DNA of 60,545 nucleotides from an uncultured virus (IMG/VR IMGVR_UViG_3300024306_000016) (taxonomy: Duplodnaviria; Heunggongvirae; Uroviricota; Caudoviricetes), in the IMG/VR virus record IMGVR_UViG_3300024306_000016; one strand, given 5' to 3'. The notes under the pieces are model-generated. The model was not told where the DNA came from, did no database searches, and saw only the letters and a list, made by a program, of their open reading frames with translations. The number at the start of each line of letters is the position of its first letter. The first letter of the stretch is position 1. A program made the translations under genes and the position numbers. Positions 9,805-16,835 of this stretch are shown one piece after another.

Positions 9805-10562
9805 TGTCTTTCAATGTCCTCTTCTTGGCATTTTTCGCCGTATTGTATTTCTACTATTTTACAAGGAACTTCGTAAGGATTGGTTAGTTGATGCCATTCA
9901 CCTGCTGGTACTTTATATTCTAGATGTTCTTTTAACAAAGTAGGAGGAAGAGCATAACCGCCTGCCATTTTTGAGTTTACTACACACGCACCTTGGCTAA
10001 CGATCCAGTATTCTGATCTATGCTTATGTCTTTGCATACTAAGGCTATGCCCCGGCTCAACAGTCAACTCTTTGACTTTCATTCCTGGCACATCGTGAAG
10101 AACTCTATAGTACCCCCACGGACGTTTGGTCTTAGGTGCTTTCCATTCTTCTAAGATCCAGCTACTTGAGTTTGATTTGTTAAAACCGCCAGTGCCAAAC
10201 ACAAATGATAGATTATCATCAGCGAAATCCATTTCTGGAATATTCTTATCAGTTCTATCTCCGCCATTGGCAAAAATGATTTGATCACTAGGATAACTTT
10301 GTCTAACCATATGTATTGCATGTTTGGCTGTGTTATCACTGTCGTCAAAATCAATGACGAAATCTACTCCAACAATATTTCGTACGACGTTGGCTCGTTC
10401 CATGTAAGGCATAAAAGCTCGGCCCTTTTTGCGTGTTAACCAGTCATCGCTGTTAACACCGACGACTAGAATATCTCCAAGCTTCTTGGCTTCTTTAATA
10501 TATGAAAGGTGGCCAGAGTGGAGCGGATCGAAGCCACCAGTAATAAGTACAATCTTTTTCAT
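9801..10562 (-). CDS. cytidylyltransferase-family domain fused to a mannose-6-phosphate-isomerase type II cupin
   Basis: GGFDPLHSGH (HxGH), FANGGDR, SSSWIL, followed by RPWGYY..LSMQRHKHRSEYW..WHQL.N..IVEIQYG..EEDIER. Confidence 0.85.
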   Translation of the reverse strand: MKKIVLITGGFDPLHSGHLSYIKEAKKLGDILVVGVNSDDWLTRKKGRAFMPYMERANVVRNIVGVDFVIDFDDSDNTAKHAIHMVRQSYPSDQIIFANGGDRTDKNIPEMDFADDNLSFVFGTGGFNKSNSSSWILEEWKAPKTKRPWGYYRVLHDVPGMKVKELTVEPGHSLSMQRHKHRSEYWIVSQGACVVNSKMAGGYALPPTLLKEHLEYKVPAGEWHQLTNPYEVPCKIVEIQYGEKCQEEDIERQ

Positions 10563-10567
10563 ACAGA

Positions 10568-10597
10568 TATTTATGTGCGTAGATTATGTGCTAAATA
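10568..10597. promoter_or_regulatory. divergent pair of late-promoter-like TAAATA motifs
   Basis: TAAATA at 10573-10568 (-) is 5 nt before the ATG at 10562. TAAATA at 10592-10597 (+) is 4 nt before the ATG at 10602. Confidence 0.6.
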
Positions 10598-10601
10598 TCA
10601 T

Positions 10602-11252
10602 ATGAACTATAAAACTTCCATAAGAAACTTTGACAACAAAGATTGGGTTTGGCCCGAAAGAGATATCGTTGCATGGAGGTATCTAACTAGAGAAGATCAT
10701 TATAATCTTCCTATAAATGTTTCTAATCTAGTAAAAAATCGCAATATAGTTGTACAGGCCGGAGGGCACTGTGGACTATATCCAAACAAATATGCTAGTT
10801 TGTTTAAAAAAGTCTATACATTCGAACCTCACCCTGAAAACTTTTATTGTTTAGATCAAAACATACAACAAGATAACGTTGTTAAAAATAATCTTGCTCT
10901 AGGCGAAAAAGAGTCAATGATAAGCCTGGGTGAACCTCTTACTAAAAAGAAAAACAATACCGGCGGCTACACTGTTTCTGGAAAGGGTAATATAAAACTT
11001 ATTTCTTTAGATAGTTTAGATATAGAGGGTTGTGATTTATTACATTTAGATCTAGAAGGATTCGAATGGTTTGCTCTTAAAGGTGCTGTAAACTTAATCA
11101 ACAAGTATAGACCGTTGATTGTGTTAGAAACCAACGACTATTGTGAAATGCACGGGTATACAGTTGTTGAAATGGAACAATGGATAGTCAGCGAACTGAA
11201 ATATAAAATTATTGATAAGTGGGAACACGATACTGTTTATGCACCAGAATAA
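10602..11252 (+). CDS. FkbM-family SAM-dependent methyltransferase
   Basis: VVQAGGHCG, YTFEP, ALG, LDSL, LLHLDLEGFE..ALKGA, RPLIVLE. Confidence 0.85.
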   Translation: MNYKTSIRNFDNKDWVWPERDIVAWRYLTREDHYNLPINVSNLVKNRNIVVQAGGHCGLYPNKYASLFKKVYTFEPHPENFYCLDQNIQQDNVVKNNLALGEKESMISLGEPLTKKKNNTGGYTVSGKGNIKLISLDSLDIEGCDLLHLDLEGFEWFALKGAVNLINKYRPLIVLETNDYCEMHGYTVVEMEQWIVSELKYKIIDKWEHDTVYAPE

Positions 11253-11913
11253 TATCATTTGGGTTACATCTATAAACCAAAAAATCTATAAACAATACGC
11301 ACACGAATATCTCCCAACATGGAAAAACCTTCCTGGCAAAAAACTTTGTTTCTTAGATGAACCTATAGAAAACTTTTTATCTGATTTTGAAACACATCCT
11401 ACAGATGTTTGTTTAAAAAATACTAAACAGCCAGAAAAATATTTTGAAGTATATGGAACTAAAAGAAAACCTATCAAATGGTATCTAAAGTCCAGAGTCA
11501 CTTCTTACATGTTGGAAAATGTAACTGCTGACTACCTCATTTGGTTAGACGCTGATGTAGAAGTCTTGCAACCTATGGATATAGAAAAGTTCTTACCTAG
11601 AACAGAACTACTATCGACGATTTATAAACCAGAAGGACTTGATTCTGGATTCGTTTGCTTTAATACCAAACATGCAGATTACAAACAGTTTGTTCGAGAA
11701 TATTCAGATGCTTGGTATAATGACATGATACTAGAATCGAAACATCCCGGTGATGCTCATATACTAGAGATACTAAACAAAAAGTATCAGTACAGAAACT
11801 TATTCTTAGGAAAAGTTATTAAAGGAAAGGCTCATGTAGATTTTTACGATACAGAGGTAGAGCCATACTTACTGCACCATGTGGGTGTCACAAAAGAAAA
11901 AATCTCGGTCTAA
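11239..11913 (+). CDS. GT-A fold glycosyltransferase
   Basis: WLDADV, DSGFVCFN; paralogous to 5878-6642 and 6639-7451. Confidence 0.6.
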   Translation: MHQNNIIWVTSINQKIYKQYAHEYLPTWKNLPGKKLCFLDEPIENFLSDFETHPTDVCLKNTKQPEKYFEVYGTKRKPIKWYLKSRVTSYMLENVTADYLIWLDADVEVLQPMDIEKFLPRTELLSTIYKPEGLDSGFVCFNTKHADYKQFVREYSDAWYNDMILESKHPGDAHILEILNKKYQYRNLFLGKVIKGKAHVDFYDTEVEPYLLHHVGVTKEKISV

Positions 11914-12571
11914 AACCAAAACTATTCATAATGTGCATATCTGCACAGGTACGTTTTCTTTCGTGTGGATTATATGTTCTAACTGGTAGTGTAGTACATA
12001 TATCAGAGATCTTTATGGAAATGCCAGTACCTATATCAACTGGTCCTGTAAAATCATTGTTTAATAAAATATTGACAGCTTCACAGACATCGTCAACGTG
12101 TACAAAGTCACGTTCATGATCCGTGACATACTCTAGTGTTCCATTTCTAAGTCTATCAAAAAACATATCTCGCCCAGTGTCTGCACCGTAGACGGTATGG
12201 AATCTCATCCAGCAAACATTATCGTGTGGAATCTTTTCCATGACATGCTTAGTAGCAGCATAGGGATTCAAATGAGGTTCATATTGGCTGCTAGAGCTTG
12301 CAACTAAGACCCTCTTATTGCTGTAGTGCAGTAAAACTCGTCTAGTACCGTCTACATTTACTTTCCAGTACTCGTGTGGCGAGTCTAGACTAGCCCGAAC
12401 GCCTGTTTTTGCAGCTAGATGAATAACTGCGTCACACTCAGGAAGATCACAAGTAAGGATGTCTTGGCCTTCTTTGATATCGAGGCCAATGACAGTATGT
12501 CCTTTTTGTTCTAAATAGGGCTTAAGATTACCGCCAACAAAGCCAAGATGCCCAGTTAATACTATTTTCAT
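11888..12571 (-). CDS. NAD-dependent nucleotide-sugar epimerase/dehydratase
   Basis: TGHLGFVG, IHLAA, ASSS, PYAATK (YxxxK), RF.TVYG, RDFVHVDD. Confidence 0.88.
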   Translation of the reverse strand: MKIVLTGHLGFVGGNLKPYLEQKGHTVIGLDIKEGQDILTCDLPECDAVIHLAAKTGVRASLDSPHEYWKVNVDGTRRVLLHYSNKRVLVASSSSQYEPHLNPYAATKHVMEKIPHDNVCWMRFHTVYGADTGRDMFFDRLRNGTLEYVTDHERDFVHVDDVCEAVNILLNNDFTGPVDIGTGISIKISDICTTLPVRTYNPHERKRTCADMHIMNSFGFRPRFFLL

Positions 12572-13023
12572 AGTGTTGCATCTTCAAGTCCAGCAGTACG
12601 TAGCTTCACGATGTTAGATATCTGCCACTGCTTGATATCTAAGGCTTTGATAACGCCCAGCCATTTGTTTCTTAGCAAGGCGAAATCATTGATGATTTTT
12701 TCAAAGTCAACGACATCAGACTCACCCTCTACAAACTTTTCACAGTCTCTAGAGGATAGGCTGCGTTGATAGTTTTCAAGATATTTACGGAAATGCTGAC
12801 TGCGTAAACGACGTAGTTCAATGTTTAGATATTCTAAAATCGCTTCGATCTCTTGTAGTTGATTGAAACGATTTTCCACAATACCAGGCATATTAGCAGC
12901 AGCTCGTTCAAGGTTTCCCGCTATGCGAGCGTCAGTCTTTGCTGCCAATAACTCGGCTTCATAATATGCCACGGCGTCTGGAATATTAGAAATATCTTTT
13001 GAAACTCGATCGTACCAGTTCAT
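12568..13023 (-). CDS. uvsY: UvsY-like recombination mediator
   Basis: Helical 151-aa protein with ..IKALDIKQWQISNIVKLRTAG, located next to uvsX. Confidence 0.7.
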   Translation of the reverse strand: MNWYDRVSKDISNIPDAVAYYEAELLAAKTDARIAGNLERAAANMPGIVENRFNQLQEIEAILEYLNIELRRLRSQHFRKYLENYQRSLSSRDCEKFVEGESDVVDFEKIINDFALLRNKWLGVIKALDIKQWQISNIVKLRTAGLEDATL

Positions 13024-13262
13024 TAATCCTCGTCTTCGTATCTATCGTAGTCGTCTTCTTCGTGATATTGTTCACCGTCAGTGGCATATTCGATAGCATC
13101 GTCGAGGTATGGGTCAATACCCATCAACCGATCTAGAACGCTTTCTTTAATGCCATGATCGACTAGTGTACTAACAAAGTCTTCAGCTACGGTTTTTTTC
13201 TGCTTATCGGGAATGTGGTCAACAATGACGCTCCACAGATCGGCGATTAGGTCTTCCTTCAT
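13023..13262 (-). CDS. acidic hypothetical protein
   Basis: 79 aa with TAATG coupling on both sides. Confidence 0.65.
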   Translation of the reverse strand: MKEDLIADLWSVIVDHIPDKQKKTVAEDFVSTLVDHGIKESVLDRLMGIDPYLDDAIEYATDGEQYHEEDDYDRYEDED

Positions 13263-14341
13263 TAACTGGCCTCCGTTTCAGGTTCAACTGTAGTAGTTAT
13301 CTCTGAATCGGATTTTTCGCCATGTTTTGAAATGTCTTCCATCATCCTATCTAGTCCATTGTTTTCGTTGCGTTCCCATGCCTTACGAAACTGTTTGATG
13401 ATCTCACCATCAGCAGTTACATATACAAGACTATTTCCTTCTTTCTTAAGCATCCCTTTAGCTTCAAACAAGTCGACCAGTCCACTATATGGATTCATAC
13501 CTGTCTCATAAGGAATCTTTACTTGTACACTTTCAAAAGGCTTTGCATAACGAGTTTTCATGATCTTGCAGGCAGCACGGATACCACGTACTTCTGAGAT
13601 CTTATTGCCATCGTCATCTTCTTTTAGTTTGAGTTTTTTCATAGCAACAACGATACTTGATGCATAGATAAAACCTTGGCCACCACTAATCTTATCGTCT
13701 GGATCAAACATATCTTGGCTTGCATAGGTATGGTTTGTAGCTACTAGGCCAATGTTTAGACTACCAAACATATTAACACAGTTTCGCACAAGTGCTGTCA
13801 ATGCCTTGGGCTTACGACCCATATCACCTTTCAAATCACCTGCTTCGAACTGGTTAACATCCGTTGGAGTCAACAACATACCTAATGAGTCAAGCACAAA
13901 AAGTACCTTAGGACGACTGTCTTCAGGCATAGCTTTATATTCTGCAACAAACTCTGTGATAGTCTTTGCTACATCGTCGATCATAGCCATATTAAGTTTC
14001 AACAACTTTTCATCGCTAGTGTCGACACCTAGTGCCTTTAGCCAATCTTCGTCTAGAGCATTTTCTGTATCAACCAAGATAACATAAATGCCTTGTGCTT
14101 GTGCCGCTTTGATCAAGTTACCTGAACAGATATATGATTTACCTGCTCCAGACTCGCCTGCAAATACTGTAACTTTGCCTAGCGGAACTCCTTTGTGGAA
14201 ATCGCCACTGATTAGATAGTTTAATGCATAGTTACCTGTGCCAACCCAATCTGTAGGATCGTTAAAACCTATACTAAGACCTTCAATATTCTTTGTAATA
14301 GATTTTCTAAACTTGCTTATATCGAACGGTTTAGTTGCCAT
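13262..14341 (-). CDS. uvsX: UvsX RecA-like recombinase
   Basis: AGESGAGKS Walker A, DTENA, VLDSLG, DMGRK, TNHTY, SGGQG. Confidence 0.92.
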   Translation of the reverse strand: MATKPFDISKFRKSITKNIEGLSIGFNDPTDWVGTGNYALNYLISGDFHKGVPLGKVTVFAGESGAGKSYICSGNLIKAAQAQGIYVILVDTENALDEDWLKALGVDTSDEKLLKLNMAMIDDVAKTITEFVAEYKAMPEDSRPKVLFVLDSLGMLLTPTDVNQFEAGDLKGDMGRKPKALTALVRNCVNMFGSLNIGLVATNHTYASQDMFDPDDKISGGQGFIYASSIVVAMKKLKLKEDDDGNKISEVRGIRAACKIMKTRYAKPFESVQVKIPYETGMNPYSGLVDLFEAKGMLKKEGNSLVYVTADGEIIKQFRKAWERNENNGLDRMMEDISKHGEKSDSEITTTVEPETEAS

Positions 14342-14343
14342 AA

Positions 14344-14535
14344 TCAGTTATCCAAATCTTTAGTGTTCCACTCTTTAATGACTGAGATTAGTTCATCTTC
14401 AGTGTTACACATAGTCTTAGTGGTCTTCCAATCTTCTTTCTTATCGCGACCGCCGATTTCGACCATCCAACCGTTGTCATAACGATTGAGCGTGATTGAT
14501 TCATTTACTTTTGATAGTTTATCTAGTTTTGCCAT
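14344..14535 (-). CDS. hypothetical protein
   Basis: Start at 14535 (MAKLDKL) after a purine-rich RBS-like sequence. Confidence 0.6.
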   Translation of the reverse strand: MAKLDKLSKVNESITLNRYDNGWMVEIGGRDKKEDWKTTKTMCNTEDELISVIKEWNTKDLDN

Positions 14536-14555
14536 TTTATTTCCCTGTAATGAAG

Positions 14556-14582
14556 AGAGTGTGAGGAGGTACCTCACACTCT
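14556..14582 (-). terminator. stem-loop downstream of gp32 (terminator or stabiliser)
   Basis: 11-bp inverted repeat AGAGTGTGAGG/CCTCACACTCT with a weak U-tract. Confidence 0.45.
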
Positions 14583-14591
14583 ATATAAGTC

Positions 14592-15566
14592 TTACTGCTT
14601 TTGACGATTGCGAATCATGGCCAAGATATCTTGGGCACGACTATTACCATCACCATTTGATGCTGGTGCTTCTGCCTTTGGAGCAGGAGCTGCCTTTGCT
14701 ACTGGTGCTGGTTCATCATCTGCATCATCTACAGGTGCGCTGGCTGCAGGCTTGTTAGGATCGCCAGTGGCTGCTCCCATACCTGCTGGTTTGAAGTATT
14801 GACCCCAACGGTCCATATCATATGGCTCACCATCGACAGATGCTTCAAACATTTCCTTCATTACCTTGAGCTCAACATCGGTTGGCTTCTTAGGTAGGAA
14901 GTCGGAAAGATTGAACAATCCATGTGCTTCGATCGCTGCCGCTTCAACTTCAGTCAGTGAACGCTCACGACGGCTCCACTTTGATGTAGAGTAGTCTGCG
15001 AACCCACCTTTTGATGTCTTGGCGATACGGAAATCTAGACCCTTGAGATAATCAGTTGGCAACTCATCCAACTCTGGATCCATCAAAGCACTACGGATGA
15101 TTTGATAGATTTGAGGACCAATGATAAATCTACGGATTGGATTTTCTGGTGTCTTTTCTTCTTTAAGAGGATCTTCGACAATAAACCCTTGGAAGATGTA
15201 TGAACGCTTCTTCCAATACTTACGACCCATTTCCTCTAGGCTCTTGTCTTTGAACCAACCACGCACTTCGCTGAGAATCGGGCAAACAGAACCGTCATTG
15301 TACATTTCAACGCAGGGTACCTGCACCTGTACTTGTTTGGAATCTGTTTCGCCTTTAACGCCAGCGAAAGGTAGTTTGATCATTGCACGTTCTACCCAGA
15401 AAAACGTGTTGTTGGGATTGCCATCTGGTAGGAAACGGATTACTGCTTCCTTTCCTTCTTGCATGTTCCAGTGTGGGTAAATGGCGTTGTCGCCGCCTGA
15501 TGATTGTCCTGTGGACTTTGATTGTGCTTCTTGAAGTTTCGCACGGATTTCTGCTAGTGTAGCCAT
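14592..15566 (-). CDS. gp32: single-stranded DNA-binding protein (T4 gp32-like)
   Basis: AVIRFLP, C..CP, YWKKRSY, D...G.DF.I.K...GFADYS.SKW, acidic and Ala/Pro-rich tail. Confidence 0.85.
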   Translation of the reverse strand: MATLAEIRAKLQEAQSKSTGQSSGGDNAIYPHWNMQEGKEAVIRFLPDGNPNNTFFWVERAMIKLPFAGVKGETDSKQVQVQVPCVEMYNDGSVCPILSEVRGWFKDKSLEEMGRKYWKKRSYIFQGFIVEDPLKEEKTPENPIRRFIIGPQIYQIIRSALMDPELDELPTDYLKGLDFRIAKTSKGGFADYSTSKWSRRERSLTEVEAAAIEAHGLFNLSDFLPKKPTDVELKVMKEMFEASVDGEPYDMDRWGQYFKPAGMGAATGDPNKPAASAPVDDADDEPAPVAKAAPAPKAEAPASNGDGNSRAQDILAMIRNRQKQ

Positions 15567-15619
15567 TTTAATATGCCTCCTATGTTTTGCCTTAAAATGT
15601 ATGCCTTACGCATATTTGT

Positions 15620-15648
15620 ATTATGCGTACTTTATTTAGCAAGGTCAA
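15620..15648 (-). promoter_or_regulatory. sigma70-type promoter with an embedded late-type motif, upstream of gp32
   Basis: TTGACC-N17-CATAAT; the spacer contains TAAATA (15638-15633). Confidence 0.55.
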
Positions 15649-15674
15649 TAGTTTTTTTAGATTTTTTCACCAAA

Positions 15675-16085
15675 CTATCCGTGTATTTGGTGATAGCGGA
15701 TCATGGCTGCTGTACGAGCCAAGAACAGCCGCCAACGGATGTCTTCAGTGATGATACCTTCCGGATCATCGGGGGTAGATGGTGCCTTTGGTTTGCTAAT
15801 ATCTTCTCGACGATAACCGACAAATATATCTTCGTCTTGCACAAAAATATCATCATCGGGATCTTCTGCGACACTAAAGTGGGTCGCTCTGTGAGGATTT
15901 GACCTAAACAGCTTAGGTTTAGGTATCCTGGTCGATTTTGCAAGGACCGGATCTTTTTTGGTCGCAATCTTTGCTAGTGATGACGTAGATACGGGATTCG
16001 GATTCACGTTCCCAGTAAGTGTCGTACTTGCCTGGCTTGTCCCAATACCTATCATCATCGCAAGAGCGATTGTCAATCCTTTCAT
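15675..16085 (-). CDS. secreted hypothetical protein
   Basis: Signal peptide MKGLTIALAMMIGIGTSQA; RBS GAGGA. Confidence 0.65.
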   Translation of the reverse strand: MKGLTIALAMMIGIGTSQASTTLTGNVNPNPVSTSSLAKIATKKDPVLAKSTRIPKPKLFRSNPHRATHFSVAEDPDDDIFVQDEDIFVGYRREDISKPKAPSTPDDPEGIITEDIRWRLFLARTAAMIRYHQIHG

Positions 16086-16105
16086 TCCGTGTCCTCATTA
16101 ACATA

Positions 16106-16405
16106 TTAGTTTGGAACTAGAACGTTTCTGTAACAGTTACAGTTGCCGTCTAGAACACTCTCCCAATGATAACCATACGGTGGATTATATGTAGGCGGAG
16201 GAGTTACGTATACCACGCTCGGAGGCGGGCTTACATATCTTGGCTGCGAAAGTGCATAACCTACAGCACCACCAATAACTAATGGTGCTACCCATCCATA
16301 GCCGCCACCGTGGTGATGACCACCTCGATGTCTCCAACCGTCTGCTTGTGCCTGTGAGCTAAAAGCAGTTAATGTTATCAATGTAGCGAATAAGAACTTT
16401 TTCAT
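16106..16405 (-). CDS. small secreted/membrane Gly-His/Pro-rich protein
   Basis: Signal peptide ending AQA, then GGHHHGGG, a hydrophobic segment and PPP-rich tract; RBS AAGGAG. Confidence 0.7.
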   Translation of the reverse strand: MKKFLFATLITLTAFSSQAQADGWRHRGGHHHGGGYGWVAPLVIGGAVGYALSQPRYVSPPPSVVYVTPPPTYNPPYGYHWESVLDGNCNCYRNVLVPN

Positions 16406-16420
16406 CTTTGTTCTCCTTCA

Positions 16421-16458
16421 TATTAATATAACGCCTTAGGCGTGATTTTAGTAGACAA
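16421..16458 (-). promoter_or_regulatory. ECF-sigma-like promoter, copy 1
   Basis: TTGTCTAC-N17-CGTTATATTAATA, matching copy 2. Confidence 0.5.
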
Positions 16459-16468
16459 AAAGTTTACC

Positions 16469-16497
16469 AAAAAGAAAGGGCTCAGGTGAGCCCTTTG
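16469..16497 (-). terminator. rho-independent terminator
   Basis: AAAGGGCTCACCTGAGCCCTTTCTTTTT on the minus strand. Confidence 0.75.
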
Positions 16498-16513
16498 TTC
16501 GGTATTTAGCCGA

Positions 16514-16687
16514 TTACTTCTTTTCAGCTGGCTTGGCAGGTGCTGGAGCAGCCTTAGCATCTTTAGCAGCTGATGCTGCGGCCTTTGGAGCTTCTGCGGC
16601 TGCTTTCTTTTCATCTTTCTTCGGTGCATCTGCGGCAAATGCTGATACAGCAAATAGAGATGCGATTAAAGTTGCAACTAGTTTCAT
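16514..16687 (-). CDS. small secreted Ala/Lys-rich protein (57 aa)
   Basis: Below the ORF-track cut-off. MKLVATLIASLFAVSAFA-ADAPKKDEKKAAAEAPKAAASAAKDAKAAPAPAKPAEKK; RBS AAGGAAA; flanked by a promoter and a terminator. Confidence 0.8.
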   Translation of the reverse strand: MKLVATLIASLFAVSAFAADAPKKDEKKAAAEAPKAAASAAKDAKAAPAPAKPAEKK

Positions 16688-16727
16688 AGTATTTTCCTTT
16701 TTAAGGTTATCACAGATTTCCTCTGTG

Positions 16728-16765
16728 TATTAATTTAACGCACTAGTATGACTCTAAGTTGACAA
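16728..16765 (-). promoter_or_regulatory. ECF-sigma-like promoter, copy 2
   Basis: TTGTCAAC-N17-CGTTAAATTAATA. Confidence 0.5.
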
Positions 16766-16786
16766 GATAGTTTAGATAAAGATAGC

Positions 16787-16812
16787 CAAAAAGAAAGGGC
16801 ACCGAAGTGCCC
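16787..16812 (-). terminator. rho-independent terminator with UUCG tetraloop
   Basis: GGGCAC-TTCG-GTGCCC-TTTCTTTTT on the minus strand. Confidence 0.8.
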
Positions 16813-16835
16813 GATCTAACTGCTACGAACAATCT

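Noticed and set aside
15573..15967. ORFs 15573-15902 (+) and 15701-15967 (-)
   Set aside because: They overlap the signal-peptide gene 15675-16085 and the gp32 leader and have no independent support.
16423..16733. Track ORFs 16423-16653 (-) and 16533-16733 (+)
   Set aside because: They are alternative frames over the better-supported 57-aa signal-peptide gene at 16514-16687; the first also runs through a terminator.
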